From positions 1 through 27,817 of IMG/VR virus record IMGVR_UViG_3300025122_000115: a stretch of 27,817 nucleotides of DNA, one strand, 5' to 3'. The position numbers and the translations under genes are program-made. The notes under the pieces are model-generated. The model was not told where the DNA came from, made no database searches, and was given only the letters and a program-made list of their open reading frames with translations. The DNA comes from a virus (Duplodnaviria; Caudoviricetes). Shown piece by piece: positions 7,134-16,488 of this stretch (the stretch's first letter is position 1; each line of letters starts with the position of its first letter).

Positions 7134-10100
7134 TTATATTATCGAGACTCCGACTTCGCGTCGAGTCTCTGGGCACTCTAGATCGTTCTCCCCCAAATTC
7201 CTCCCGAACCAGGCCGGGTCATCGCCGCATGGATCGTTTTCGTTTGCGAATGCAAGCCATTTTGCTTGGAAAGTAGTGCGCCACTTTCCACTGGCCCCGG
7301 AAGAGAAGTCCATCACATGAGTTATCCGAGTTATTACATAGTACCCACCTAATCCAAGTAGTCTTGCATATGGGGTGTCATCTGGCGTGCCATCGGGTTT
7401 CTTGGGGCTGGCGAATTTGTCGTTAGGTAGTGGGTCTTCCGGTCCACCCCCATGGGCTTTTGAGTTCTTTCCGCGAGAAAGCGTCTTTGGATTAATATAA
7501 AAAACGCCTCCGGGCTTATACATTGTATTGCCTATAACTATTAAGTTGCAATTGTATTTTTCTCTAATTATCCCCAGAGGTCCAGCATCAATATTCGCCT
7601 CTCTAATATACGGCAAATCTTCTTTTACAAACTGCACTGATTCTACAACAGCGGTGGTGTCGCCAACCGGGTTGATGTGTACCCTGTTATATTCCAAATC
7701 TTCGATGGCATCACCCGTCCCTACAAATGCTCCCGTGTCTCTCATTGATATCGCGGTAATTGGAGTATTTGGTCCAGCCTCTTGCGCTCTCTGCTGCTCG
7801 ACGAGAGGGAGTTTGAAGACATCTTGAATTTCGTCTCCGGTAACATATCTTCCAATCAACGGAGACGGCGTACCGGCTGCGTCGGCGTCTTGAAGTGCGA
7901 TCTCGTATTGAGCTTTCCCCATAATATTTTCGCCCGGAACGCTATAATTATTTAACAGAAGTTGTGGCGTTTTTTCTCCGTCAGCTATCCACGAACACCC
8001 GCTTCCTATAGCGCGTGGCAACAAATCAGTTATAAGCTTAATTAAAAATTCCCTAAAATATAGGGTTGTCTGCCCTGCTCTGGATATTGCCACATTCATC
8101 CACCATTGCCGAAAAAAGTCCCAACTAATCGGGAGGTCTGCGATGTTTATGGTTCGATGCCCTCGGGGACCAGCCAGTACGCCGCCGATATTTGGTTTTG
8201 GCATTGTTATATCTCCAGTGATAAATTCTCCTAATATTTTTTTAACAAGCTTTTCCCTCTCGGTAAATCCAGCGCCGGGATCGTCGTCTTGAACGGTGAC
8301 GATACCAGCGAAAAAAGTTGGGCAATTTGTAGAATCTATGTTTTCCCAATTATATCTTCCAGCGGTTGGTGGATCTCCCCCGCCTGCGGCAACCTCTGCA
8401 CGATTCTCTATACGGTCTTGGACCCCTTGGTGCCGGTCAATGTAAAGATTTTCTGCTACAATCTCCAGAGCAGCTTCAACAATATCCCCGAAAAATATAA
8501 ATTTAATTAGTTTTTTCGACCCCAACGATGCCAATCCGGTTTCTCCCGTGGTGTTTTGTAAGGTTTGGAGTAGTGCAGATTCAGGTCCGACAGGAATGTC
8601 CACGAGGTCGGACAGATCGTTCCCGTAGAGTTCCAACAACTCTCTTTCTGCTCTTTCGTCTGTGCGTTCGTAGACGGGTCGCCCTGGTCCGGTGCGATCT
8701 GAGCCCGGTGTGGTTTCCAGCAAGCCACTGGGGTGTAAGGAAGCATAATTGTTTATAACAATCATGTTGTCCGATGGGTTTGCTGCCTGTGTAAATGGTA
8801 ATGTGCTCATAAGAGCCTCTTGCCTGATTAATGTCCAATAAACGCGGGACACATTTCGTCCACCGCGTGCCTGTCTGCTAGTCACACCGGCTTGCTGTCC
8901 ATAAGCTGCACCCAACAATAATTGATTTAAAAGTCGTTTCTTTGCACGAACATTGGCATTGGCTATTTGTTGCTGAAGCTCTTTTGTTTTTATTTCTAAT
9001 TCCGCACGGCAGGATTCACGTCGTTTGTTCTTGTCCTGCTGGGCTTGTGTCAGCCCAGAAACGAGTCCCGGATGGCCTGACGTTGGAGCGGGCTGGATTG
9101 GCTGGATTGCGCCGAGTTGTTGGTCTAATTTAGCAAGCTCCTCTTGTTTGATCTTTGCATATTTTCTAAGCCCATAATCGTGAAAAAGATCTGCTTGAGT
9201 ATTTCTTTGCGATACCTCAATGGAGGCAATATAACTGATTTCCAGTTCTACCGTACCAACGTCCTCTCCTGCCCCCGTATATTTAAGTTCATGTCTCATT
9301 AAGTTTAAATCATAATATTTTGTTTGGGATTTTACCATTTTCTCAAAGTCATTTAGGTGCCACTCAACTAGTTCCTCACCCGACAGACCCCCTACGGAGA
9401 CGAGTCGTGGGGGAATGGTACCATCTGCCCTGGGTGAAGGGTGCAATGCTGCTGTCAGGGCTTCTCTTACTTGCACTGCGGTGCCTCCGATCTCTTCTCC
9501 CTCGGGGGGATCCTCCCACTTATATCCAACCATGAGTTGAATTCTGGATGGTTTGTATATGTCAACGCAGCGATCTCCCTCGCCCGTGCTAACTTGTATT
9601 AAATCAATCCATCGGAGTCCGGTGCCGGTTACCGGGTCGAAAACCTTCTTGACGATTTCGGGTATGGGCAGGGTTACCGAGTTCTCCCGTTGACCGTGGC
9701 GTTGGCCGGGCACCCAGGGGGTAAAAAAATTGGATAAATCTCTTGTGTTGAGCGTAACCTTAAAAGCGATATTGCTGTCAATTTCAGCAGGATTACCACC
9801 TAATTGTTGCCATTCAATTTTGGTGAAATTAATTCTGGAGTCCCTCTTGTGATCTGGATCCTTCTGTTGCTGCTGATAGGGGAATTCCTCTGGGCGCATT
9901 CTAACTCCATGCCAAGCTGGAACTCCCTCGGAGTCGGTGTACGGATACATTTTATAAAATGCAAAGTCAGGTTGCAACAGACCTTTCAAGTTAGTAATCA
10001 TAGTAAGAGCCCCTTGTTCTTCTTCTATAGAAAACATGTCCGCAAGATCGGTTATGCTGCTATAGCCAGAGTCTATTGTACTATTTACTCCGTAGGCAGG

Positions 10101-10298
10101 TGGATCCGGCGTTGCGGTGGGGGGGGTGCCCTTGAGAGATTTTTCCGTACCTTTTACCCTCTTAACGGCAATCAAAGGGGGTCCGACACGCAGCGCTTCT
10201 CCCTCCTGCTGATCACGTTTTGCGCCTCTAATAATATGTAAACAATTGGCGGCGAGAAAACATTGTGCTAACTGTTCTTCTGTTGCTTGTTCTGACAT
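7134..10298 (-). CDS. baseplate hub-like protein (gp27/VgrG-like), 1054 aa
   Basis: C-terminal CNLIVIGNTMYKPGGVFYIN...LGLGGYYVITRITH...WRTTFQA is typical of phage hub proteins; lies after the LysM gene. Confidence 0.65.
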   Translation of the reverse strand: MSEQATEEQLAQCFLAANCLHIIRGAKRDQQEGEALRVGPPLIAVKRVKGTEKSLKGTPPTATPDPPAYGVNSTIDSGYSSITDLADMFSIEEEQGALTMITNLKGLLQPDFAFYKMYPYTDSEGVPAWHGVRMRPEEFPYQQQQKDPDHKRDSRINFTKIEWQQLGGNPAEIDSNIAFKVTLNTRDLSNFFTPWVPGQRHGQRENSVTLPIPEIVKKVFDPVTGTGLRWIDLIQVSTGEGDRCVDIYKPSRIQLMVGYKWEDPPEGEEIGGTAVQVREALTAALHPSPRADGTIPPRLVSVGGLSGEELVEWHLNDFEKMVKSQTKYYDLNLMRHELKYTGAGEDVGTVELEISYIASIEVSQRNTQADLFHDYGLRKYAKIKQEELAKLDQQLGAIQPIQPAPTSGHPGLVSGLTQAQQDKNKRRESCRAELEIKTKELQQQIANANVRAKKRLLNQLLLGAAYGQQAGVTSRQARGGRNVSRVYWTLIRQEALMSTLPFTQAANPSDNMIVINNYASLHPSGLLETTPGSDRTGPGRPVYERTDERAERELLELYGNDLSDLVDIPVGPESALLQTLQNTTGETGLASLGSKKLIKFIFFGDIVEAALEIVAENLYIDRHQGVQDRIENRAEVAAGGGDPPTAGRYNWENIDSTNCPTFFAGIVTVQDDDPGAGFTEREKLVKKILGEFITGDITMPKPNIGGVLAGPRGHRTINIADLPISWDFFRQWWMNVAISRAGQTTLYFREFLIKLITDLLPRAIGSGCSWIADGEKTPQLLLNNYSVPGENIMGKAQYEIALQDADAAGTPSPLIGRYVTGDEIQDVFKLPLVEQQRAQEAGPNTPITAISMRDTGAFVGTGDAIEDLEYNRVHINPVGDTTAVVESVQFVKEDLPYIREANIDAGPLGIIREKYNCNLIVIGNTMYKPGGVFYINPKTLSRGKNSKAHGGGPEDPLPNDKFASPKKPDGTPDDTPYARLLGLGGYYVITRITHVMDFSSGASGKWRTTFQAKWLAFANENDPCGDDPAWFGRNLGENDLECPETRREVGVSII

Positions 10299-10315
10299 AT
10301 AAATATACTACAATA

Positions 10316-10648
10316 TTAAGAAGATCGCAATACTTGCGATATCGGCAGAGGAACTAAAACTTGATCTCCGAGTTTAAGATGTCCTTCAGTGGGTTTGTTA
10401 TTAAACTTAGCGATTACCCACCATAAACTAGCATCATTATAGTAGGTCACTGCTAATTTATAATATTTATCGCCAGTTGTCCAAATATGGCGAACAGAGC
10501 GAATAGAAGTAGGGTCAATATTTGGAGTGAATTTCGGAGTTGTAAGCTGCCTTATAAAACCTATCTTTTTACGAAAAAATATATCACTATATTGTTCAGA
10601 AGCATTCACAAAAGTAGTTCTTCCCGGTAAGCGAGGTTTATATGGCAT
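10316..10648 (-). CDS. LysM-like baseplate protein (T4 gp53 / P2 gpX-like)
   Basis: HIWTTGDKYYKLAVTYYNDASLWWVIAKFN...LKLGDQVLVP pattern. Confidence 0.85.
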   Translation of the reverse strand: MPYKPRLPGRTTFVNASEQYSDIFFRKKIGFIRQLTTPKFTPNIDPTSIRSVRHIWTTGDKYYKLAVTYYNDASLWWVIAKFNNKPTEGHLKLGDQVLVPLPISQVLRSS

Positions 10649-10713
10649 AGTTTAAATATCCTTGTCTTTAATAATTAGGCATCATTGTTATTATTACAAA
10701 AATTATATTATAA

Positions 10714-11646
10714 CTATCGCCCAGTCCAGTGTCGGAAGGAGCGGGTTCTTTCCTCTACATTGTCAGGTTCGTCTGGATCGGGCTCTGAGCGCAGTGGGGC
10801 AACGCTGGTTTGTTTACAATATTTAGCTGCGCTGATTGGTCCAGTTCCATGAGGCCAGTCTCTATTATTGTTTAAACTCCAACCTTTAGACACAGTAGAG
10901 CCTCCTCGGGATGTGCCCCCAAAGCCAAGGGGACTTGCGGGTTCGTCTGTTACGGAGCTTCCTAATATCGCATGCATTTCAATTTGTACGTTGATGGATC
11001 TTGGATATACTTTTCCCTTCTCGCCATGGACAACGTATCCTTGTTCAGTGATATATGCATCGTGACCTTCGTGGTCGCGGTTCCACCGATCATCTTGAGC
11101 CGATCCCCGGGGGTCACGTGAGGATATTGGCCAATTATCAACTGCTGTGCCATCGTATGTAAAAAAGCCCGCTTCAAAATCCACTTCAAAATTAAATTTA
11201 GTTAAATATACATCTGTATCCTGTATTAAATTCCCAAAATTTACAGACAGCACATCTGGATTAACCCCAAATAGGTTTGATATCTCTACTTGTCCTGCTC
11301 CGGTTCCTACGACCCTGGTGCCCTCTTCAAGATAATTAAGATACGTTTTTTTTATTAACTTCGCACAATAAGCCAAATTATGTTTTGATTCAGCAACATT
11401 CCGCGCACCTAGTGTAAAAGACATATTTATTTTTCTTTCTGTGCCCCCATATGACCAATTAGGGTTAAGTGCGCCCGGATCCCTTTTAAGATCCCATTTT
11501 GCTGCATAGGTTTCAGAATAGTCTTTAAGAAAGATATACTTTGCCACAGCGATAGGATCGCCGAACCTATCGCTACCTGTTGTTATTATTAACGGAGCAT
11601 AAGAACGATCCCCTATTGACTTGATGGGGCTATATTGATATGTCAT
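10714..11646 (-). CDS. tube-like baseplate / tail-tube initiator protein (gp48/gp54-like)
   Basis: YSETYAAKW...G..NP..SYGGTERKINMSF and YPRSINVQIEM motifs; paralogous to 11643..12386; downstream of the tape measure gene. Confidence 0.6.
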   Translation of the reverse strand: MTYQYSPIKSIGDRSYAPLIITTGSDRFGDPIAVAKYIFLKDYSETYAAKWDLKRDPGALNPNWSYGGTERKINMSFTLGARNVAESKHNLAYCAKLIKKTYLNYLEEGTRVVGTGAGQVEISNLFGVNPDVLSVNFGNLIQDTDVYLTKFNFEVDFEAGFFTYDGTAVDNWPISSRDPRGSAQDDRWNRDHEGHDAYITEQGYVVHGEKGKVYPRSINVQIEMHAILGSSVTDEPASPLGFGGTSRGGSTVSKGWSLNNNRDWPHGTGPISAAKYCKQTSVAPLRSEPDPDEPDNVEERTRSFRHWTGR

Positions 11647-12386
11647 TTTGGATTCCTAGGGTGCGGCGTCTGTCCAGACCCTCCATAATTAGGATAGCTG
11701 TCTGGGAGATTCTGTGCTGCCGAAGCGATTGCACGAATTAATACTTCAGCCTCTATAGAAAATTTAATTATTGTCGGATACATTTCTGGGCTGCTTGAAG
11801 TGCGTTTGCTCGTAATAAGTCCATTTTCTAAATCTGGTTTGTATACTAAAGTTGTTATAAACGCATCTACCCCTTCGCCATAAATATCTTGTATGAAATT
11901 CATTCCTTTAATATTTATTCTCGAACCGTTGATCGAGGGGGTATTTCTGGCATCGAGTGCTGAATACATCATACATATTAAAAGATTTATACTTTGAGCA
12001 TTGTATCTTGCTTCTTCTATTGAGGCACTGGCCACAGCAAAGGTAAATGAAATTTTTCTTGTGCTATTTTGTGTCATATCAACGGTTGGTTCGGCAGATC
12101 CCCATCCATATTTTTTGCTTAAAGCTGCATCATGAGAATCCGTAAAACTAAGGATAGCTGCGGGGAATTTTACAACATGCCCAGTGCCTATATGTGTAAA
12201 TGATAGAATAGCGCCGAGTTTTTCTGCCATGGCAGGATTACCAATGCCATTCAGAGAATCAGTATAAATTTCCCTTATTTCTGGTCCTTCTGGGGGTGGA
12301 GCATGGCGGCCCCCATCCTGACCACCCTGTTTGTGGTATACCACCGCTCCGGGTCCACCACCTGGGGGTGAGCGAGTATCTGCCAT
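11643..12386 (-). CDS. tube-like baseplate / tail-tube initiator protein (gp48/gp54-like)
   Basis: FPAAILSFTDSH...G..EP...STRKISFTF and YPTIIKFSIE motifs; immediately after the tape measure gene. Confidence 0.6.
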   Translation of the reverse strand: MADTRSPPGGGPGAVVYHKQGGQDGGRHAPPPEGPEIREIYTDSLNGIGNPAMAEKLGAILSFTHIGTGHVVKFPAAILSFTDSHDAALSKKYGWGSAEPTVDMTQNSTRKISFTFAVASASIEEARYNAQSINLLICMMYSALDARNTPSINGSRINIKGMNFIQDIYGEGVDAFITTLVYKPDLENGLITSKRTSSSPEMYPTIIKFSIEAEVLIRAIASAAQNLPDSYPNYGGSGQTPHPRNPK

Positions 12387-12387
12387 T

Positions 12388-14886
12388 TTAGCTTGCCCCG
12401 CTTCTTACTACATTAATGGGAGGCGCTCCGTTATAATCGTCAACAACGCGCCGAGCGGTTTTGTCGTCCAGAACCACTTGTCTTTTAGCCGTGGCGATGG
12501 CGACAGCATTAGCACCATTTGCATAAGTTGCGTTCAAGCTGGTAAATCCAGCTTTAAGCTCTGCAAGCAATGGAGCGAAAGCATCTTGTGCTGTGCCGTT
12601 TTTTCTTGCAGGCGGGATCATTGTTTCACCGGGAGATACTGTAGCCATTAGTGGCGAACTTGGTGAGACACCTTGAGGGGCTACTGCCATGCCGCCATCG
12701 TGGAACTGTGAGTATATTCCTCCTGCCAACCCTCCGCCAGCAGCGAGTGCACCAGCCACTCCAAGAGACAGTCCACCCGTAAGAGGTGCCAATAACAACC
12801 CCAACCCTAGCGCTGTAGCTGCACCTGATGCACCCATTCCCAGCGTCTCGCCTATCGACGAATCTTTGGGTCTGTTAAACTTCGACAGTCCATACATCCC
12901 TGCCCCGGCAAGCAGCCCGCCACCCATTGCCATCCCTGCTGTACCAGCAAGAGCGGCACGGCCGGGAGTCAGTCGGCCGGGTCCGCGAACTGCACCGGGG
13001 CTCAGTGATCCGGCTCTGAGCATGTTGCTCATGCTGGATGTCATCTTCGAGAACGTCCCCCGAAGACCACTTAAAAATGTCGTGTTGTTCTTCTTAAGCC
13101 CATCTAGCAAGACTTTTTGCCTGTCACCAAGATCGATACCAAGTTCCTCTAGAGGGCTCTGAATCTTTTCTTCAAGATCATTAAGCCATGGTTTTCCTTC
13201 GGCAGTCCATAAACCCTTCCACTGCTCCATAGTCTCGTTTGCCATTACCACGCGCAATGCCTCTGAAGCAGAGCCTGGGCCACATGCTTGCCCGCACTTT
13301 TCGGCTTTCTTCTCCGTAAGGAGTTCTTTTGCCATCCCCTTTACGCCGCCTGCCTTCCCCGCTGCTGCAAGTTGTTTAGCTGCGGATTTGAGATCGGCTG
13401 CCTTGCCCCAAGCCTTTTTTACCCCAAGCCCGATAAATCCAGCAGCAGCGGCGGCTTTGAGAAGGTGTCCGAAGAACGGTGTGGCTAAGGTTTTGTTGAG
13501 TAGCCTAAGCATGTCTTTAAGCGGTTCGATTGCCCACTGAAGGGAGGCACCCATCTCTGCAACTAAAATCTTCATATCTGCCATGAGATCCCTGCCGTTG
13601 GCCATTAGCTTTTCATATTCCCCTGCTTCCATATTGTTTCTTTGCAACGCCTGTTCAAGTTCGCTTGCTTCTTTTTTCTGGAGTACCATGCGCTGTGTTT
13701 GTTCAACAGTTAGTCCCATGGCATTTGCAATTGCCTTTCGCTGGTAATAGTCCATGTTTTCCCAGCCCCCTGTGGCTTCATTAATAGCATCGGCAAACAA
13801 ATTCATTCTTTCAGCAGGATCTGTCGTTTCAAGAATAGACATCGTATCAATAAATTGTCCTCGGAGGACAGCATTGAGATTTCCAGCAGCCTTGGCAGCG
13901 GCATCAAATGTATCAAACTTCTCTGCCATGCCGACAATTGCCTCCATCCCCATGCCTGTTCTTCTTGAGGCTTCATAGAGGTTGTCAAGGACTTGTGCAG
14001 TGGCGGCTCCGTGTACGGCAATTTGTGGCAATACTGCTGCTGTCTCTTTCATGACCTTGTTTAGATCATCGCCAAAAGCACTAGCGGTTGCCATAATAGA
14101 GTCAGAGAGAGCTTGAGCCTGCCCATGAGTTATTCCCATAACCCTTGTGCCTGTTTCTAAAATTTTAACTGCATCTGATGTGGCGACACCAAATTTTGCC
14201 ATTTGAGCAACGTTCTCGGCTAGTGCCACTTGTGTGTCTTGATTGACAAACAGAAAGTCGGTAAACTCTCCATGAAGCGCTGCGAGAGCAGCACCAGATT
14301 CGTCTGCTGTTACTCCAAATTCTCGATTTTGTTTTTCTATGCGCCTGATGGCTTCGGTATATGTGTTACCTGTACCGGTTGCGGCAGCAAAGGCTGATGT
14401 TGCCGAATCCACCTGTTTTGTAAGCATAGCGGTGCTTTCAAACATCTTTCTGGTAATAGAAATGCCAATGTTGAATGCATCCAAAGTCTCTAACGTGGAC
14501 TTCGCTACTTGGTCCATTGCCGTATTAAGATCGCCGGAAGTCTTGATCGCGTTACCAAACGATTCTATAAATGTTGCGTTTGTGGCTTTGCGAACTCCTG
14601 TCAGCCTTGTAATAAATAATTCGGTCTGATAGTCAAGCCCTTGGAGCGCGACTTTGGCATCGCCTGAGCCCCTTGTGATTATCTCATATTGTTTTGCTAG
14701 ACCATCAAGGTGTGCTGTTAAAGTCTCTGTGTTGCTGGATGCGGCGGCGAGGTGGGTATCAAAGTCCTCCAGGTAGGCGACAAAGGCTTCCATTTCTGGA
14801 ACGTCTTTTATTTGCTCAAGGAGTTTTACGGCTTGATGAGCTAACTCTGGGACACCCTTGCCCTTTGGATCTTTTGGGTCGGCCAT
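12388..14886 (-). CDS. tape measure protein (832 aa)
   Basis: Ala-rich and helical; FDTFDAAAKAAGNLNAVL and YYQRKAIANAMG motifs; Gly-rich hydrophobic C-terminal segments; FHDGG...SPGETMIP motif; canonical position after tube and chaperones; GGAGG SD. Confidence 0.85.
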   Translation of the reverse strand: MADPKDPKGKGVPELAHQAVKLLEQIKDVPEMEAFVAYLEDFDTHLAAASSNTETLTAHLDGLAKQYEIITRGSGDAKVALQGLDYQTELFITRLTGVRKATNATFIESFGNAIKTSGDLNTAMDQVAKSTLETLDAFNIGISITRKMFESTAMLTKQVDSATSAFAAATGTGNTYTEAIRRIEKQNREFGVTADESGAALAALHGEFTDFLFVNQDTQVALAENVAQMAKFGVATSDAVKILETGTRVMGITHGQAQALSDSIMATASAFGDDLNKVMKETAAVLPQIAVHGAATAQVLDNLYEASRRTGMGMEAIVGMAEKFDTFDAAAKAAGNLNAVLRGQFIDTMSILETTDPAERMNLFADAINEATGGWENMDYYQRKAIANAMGLTVEQTQRMVLQKKEASELEQALQRNNMEAGEYEKLMANGRDLMADMKILVAEMGASLQWAIEPLKDMLRLLNKTLATPFFGHLLKAAAAAGFIGLGVKKAWGKAADLKSAAKQLAAAGKAGGVKGMAKELLTEKKAEKCGQACGPGSASEALRVVMANETMEQWKGLWTAEGKPWLNDLEEKIQSPLEELGIDLGDRQKVLLDGLKKNNTTFLSGLRGTFSKMTSSMSNMLRAGSLSPGAVRGPGRLTPGRAALAGTAGMAMGGGLLAGAGMYGLSKFNRPKDSSIGETLGMGASGAATALGLGLLLAPLTGGLSLGVAGALAAGGGLAGGIYSQFHDGGMAVAPQGVSPSSPLMATVSPGETMIPPARKNGTAQDAFAPLLAELKAGFTSLNATYANGANAVAIATAKRQVVLDDKTARRVVDDYNGAPPINVVRSGAS

Positions 14887-14900
14887 ATTTTAATCGCCTC

Positions 14901-15227
14901 CTACTTAAATGGCCAAACGATTCCGGTTTCGCTTTCGAAACTTCGTATAGCTCTGTCTAGTGCAACTTTATTATTAGTTACTTGGGGATTATTTAATCCA
15001 TGTTTACTTATTGCCTCAAGGTACCTTTTTTCTGAGCCGAGCGCTCTTGAAAAAGAATTAACTTGGCTTCTACTGCCAACCACTTCTACTGGCATGGAAG
15101 TTCCGCCAAACATTGCGCCCATTATTCCTTTTATATTGGCACCAAACATTGAAAGCCAACTTTCGTTAATAGAGTCGCCAATTGTTAAGTCAATCTTAAT
15201 TGGAATTAAATCATTTGTATCATTCAT
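14901..15227 (-). CDS. hypothetical protein (108 aa) between chaperone and tape measure genes
   Basis: Clean ORF with an AAGGAAGG SD-like sequence and its own ACTAATTA motif upstream. Confidence 0.75.
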   Translation of the reverse strand: MNDTNDLIPIKIDLTIGDSINESWLSMFGANIKGIMGAMFGGTSMPVEVVGSRSQVNSFSRALGSEKRYLEAISKHGLNNPQVTNNKVALDRAIRSFESETGIVWPFK

Positions 15228-15270
15228 AGGGATCCTTCCTTACACTACTGTCTTTTTTAATTAGTTCCAT

Positions 15271-15304
15271 AAAAAAAGAAAATTGGGCGTTAACCCAATT
15301 TTCT
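15271..15304 (-). terminator. Rho-independent terminator
   Basis: Inverted repeat AGAAAATTGGG-N6-CCCAATTTTCT running into a T-tract on the minus strand, right after the 15319 stop. Confidence 0.75.
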
Positions 15305-15318
15305 CTATTTGTGTTACA

Positions 15319-15523
15319 TTAGCGACGATTTTTCGCTTTATTCGCTTGTTTTTTATGTGCTTCGTTTTGATCCTCAAAGTGTTGTGAGAGTCTATTAACG
15401 AACCATCTTCTTAAGCCAATGGGGAGATTGTATGCTTCAATAAAACTCCATCCACCATGAAATTTTAAATAGAAGAACTGCTCATATACGTTCTCCATAT
15501 ATTTATCACTTAGGCCAAAAAAA
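15319..15523 (-). CDS. tail assembly chaperone C-terminal module (T4 gp51-like / lambda gpT-like), probably reached by frameshift
   Basis: YEQFFYLKFHGGWSFIEAYNLPIGLRRWF resembles gpT/gp51-like modules. Its frame overlaps the end of the upstream gene at a 7-T run. An alternative ATG at 15498 has no clear SD. Confidence 0.65.
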
Positions 15524-16381
15524 GTCCGCTGTAAGCGGAACCTCCATTTCCGACTCATATCCACAGTGTACACAGGAAAAAAGCTGTGACATGTCTACAT
15601 TGGGAGTCGAGCCCTGGACGCATGCGCGTAAAAATCGTGAATCTAATGCTGGCATATTATCGATAAATGTACCGATTTCGGATCCAGACGTAACGCCACT
15701 AACAGATACAACAACCCGCTTAAGAAGATCGGTGGAAACGGAATCGGGTAAATTAAGTTTTGCTTTTCTAGATGCCGCCTCGGTAAGATACTTTTCATCA
15801 TGCCCGTTTAATAGTCGATATACAACTTCGTATTGTGTTTTTGGCAATGTGACCGTGAATAAGCCGTCTGCGGTCGCCTTAATTTCTTCAACCTCGCCAG
15901 AAAGGGCTTTGCCCAAATGTGCCTCAAAATCTGTAAGATTAAAGTCGCAAGTAGAAGCGGTACTACAATTTGGACAAGTTATGCTTGTTTCGTAGCTCTC
16001 GCCATAACCAGAAATTCTCGCGGCGAGAATGACCGCGTTTTTATCTCCAAGTAGAAGATCGTCAATTTTTATCTGATTGTCAACAACGAGATTTTGTAGC
16101 ATTCTATCAATTGCTAAGCCCTTTCTTAAGAGCGCTTTTGATGTGAGAATATCTTCATCTCTTGCAGTCATGTACCTAATTTCTATAGTTTCTTGATTAT
16201 GGAGGGGGTGATCGGAGGGATATAGTTTTCCCTCTGATGGAAGTTCTACAAATTCTGTGGGGGACACATAGGAAAGAGTAGCTGGTGCCGATGATGCGGC
16301 GGCTTGCACAGCAGCGGTGGCATCTTCAGCGGCATCAGGTTGGGGAGGAAGCCCCGTCCGCTCAGGGTTATTTCGTGACAT
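15506..16381 (-). CDS. tail assembly chaperone / baseplate hub assembly protein (T4 gp26-like)
   Basis: VELPSEGKLY, IRYMTARDEDIL and LLLGDKNAVILAARISGYG motifs; CPNC and CVHC pairs; ends PLTADFFWPK; between tube and tape measure genes. Confidence 0.8.
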   Translation of the reverse strand: MSRNNPERTGLPPQPDAAEDATAAVQAAASSAPATLSYVSPTEFVELPSEGKLYPSDHPLHNQETIEIRYMTARDEDILTSKALLRKGLAIDRMLQNLVVDNQIKIDDLLLGDKNAVILAARISGYGESYETSITCPNCSTASTCDFNLTDFEAHLGKALSGEVEEIKATADGLFTVTLPKTQYEVVYRLLNGHDEKYLTEAASRKAKLNLPDSVSTDLLKRVVVSVSGVTSGSEIGTFIDNMPALDSRFLRACVQGSTPNVDMSQLFSCVHCGYESEMEVPLTADFFWPK

Positions 16382-16412
16382 TTACACCTCTATGTTTGTT
16401 ATGTCTTTATAC

Positions 16413-16440
16413 ATTATAATACATATAACGTGTTTTTAAA
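16413..16440 (-). promoter_or_regulatory. possible sigma70-like promoter for the chaperone gene
   Basis: TTTAAA-N16-TATAAT in an AT-rich gap; the -35 element is weak. Confidence 0.35.
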
Positions 16441-16488
16441 GTACTTTAATAAATTTATTTTACTTTGACAGGGTTTAACGTGCTTTCC

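Noticed and set aside
10681-10713. AT-only imperfect inverted repeat containing TATAAT
   Set aside because: There is no GC stem or -35 element, so it is indistinguishable from AT-rich spacer.
15524-15573. Listed start of the 84-aa ORF at 15573
   Set aside because: It lies inside the chaperone gene. A frameshift entry or the ATG at 15498 explains the conserved-looking part better.
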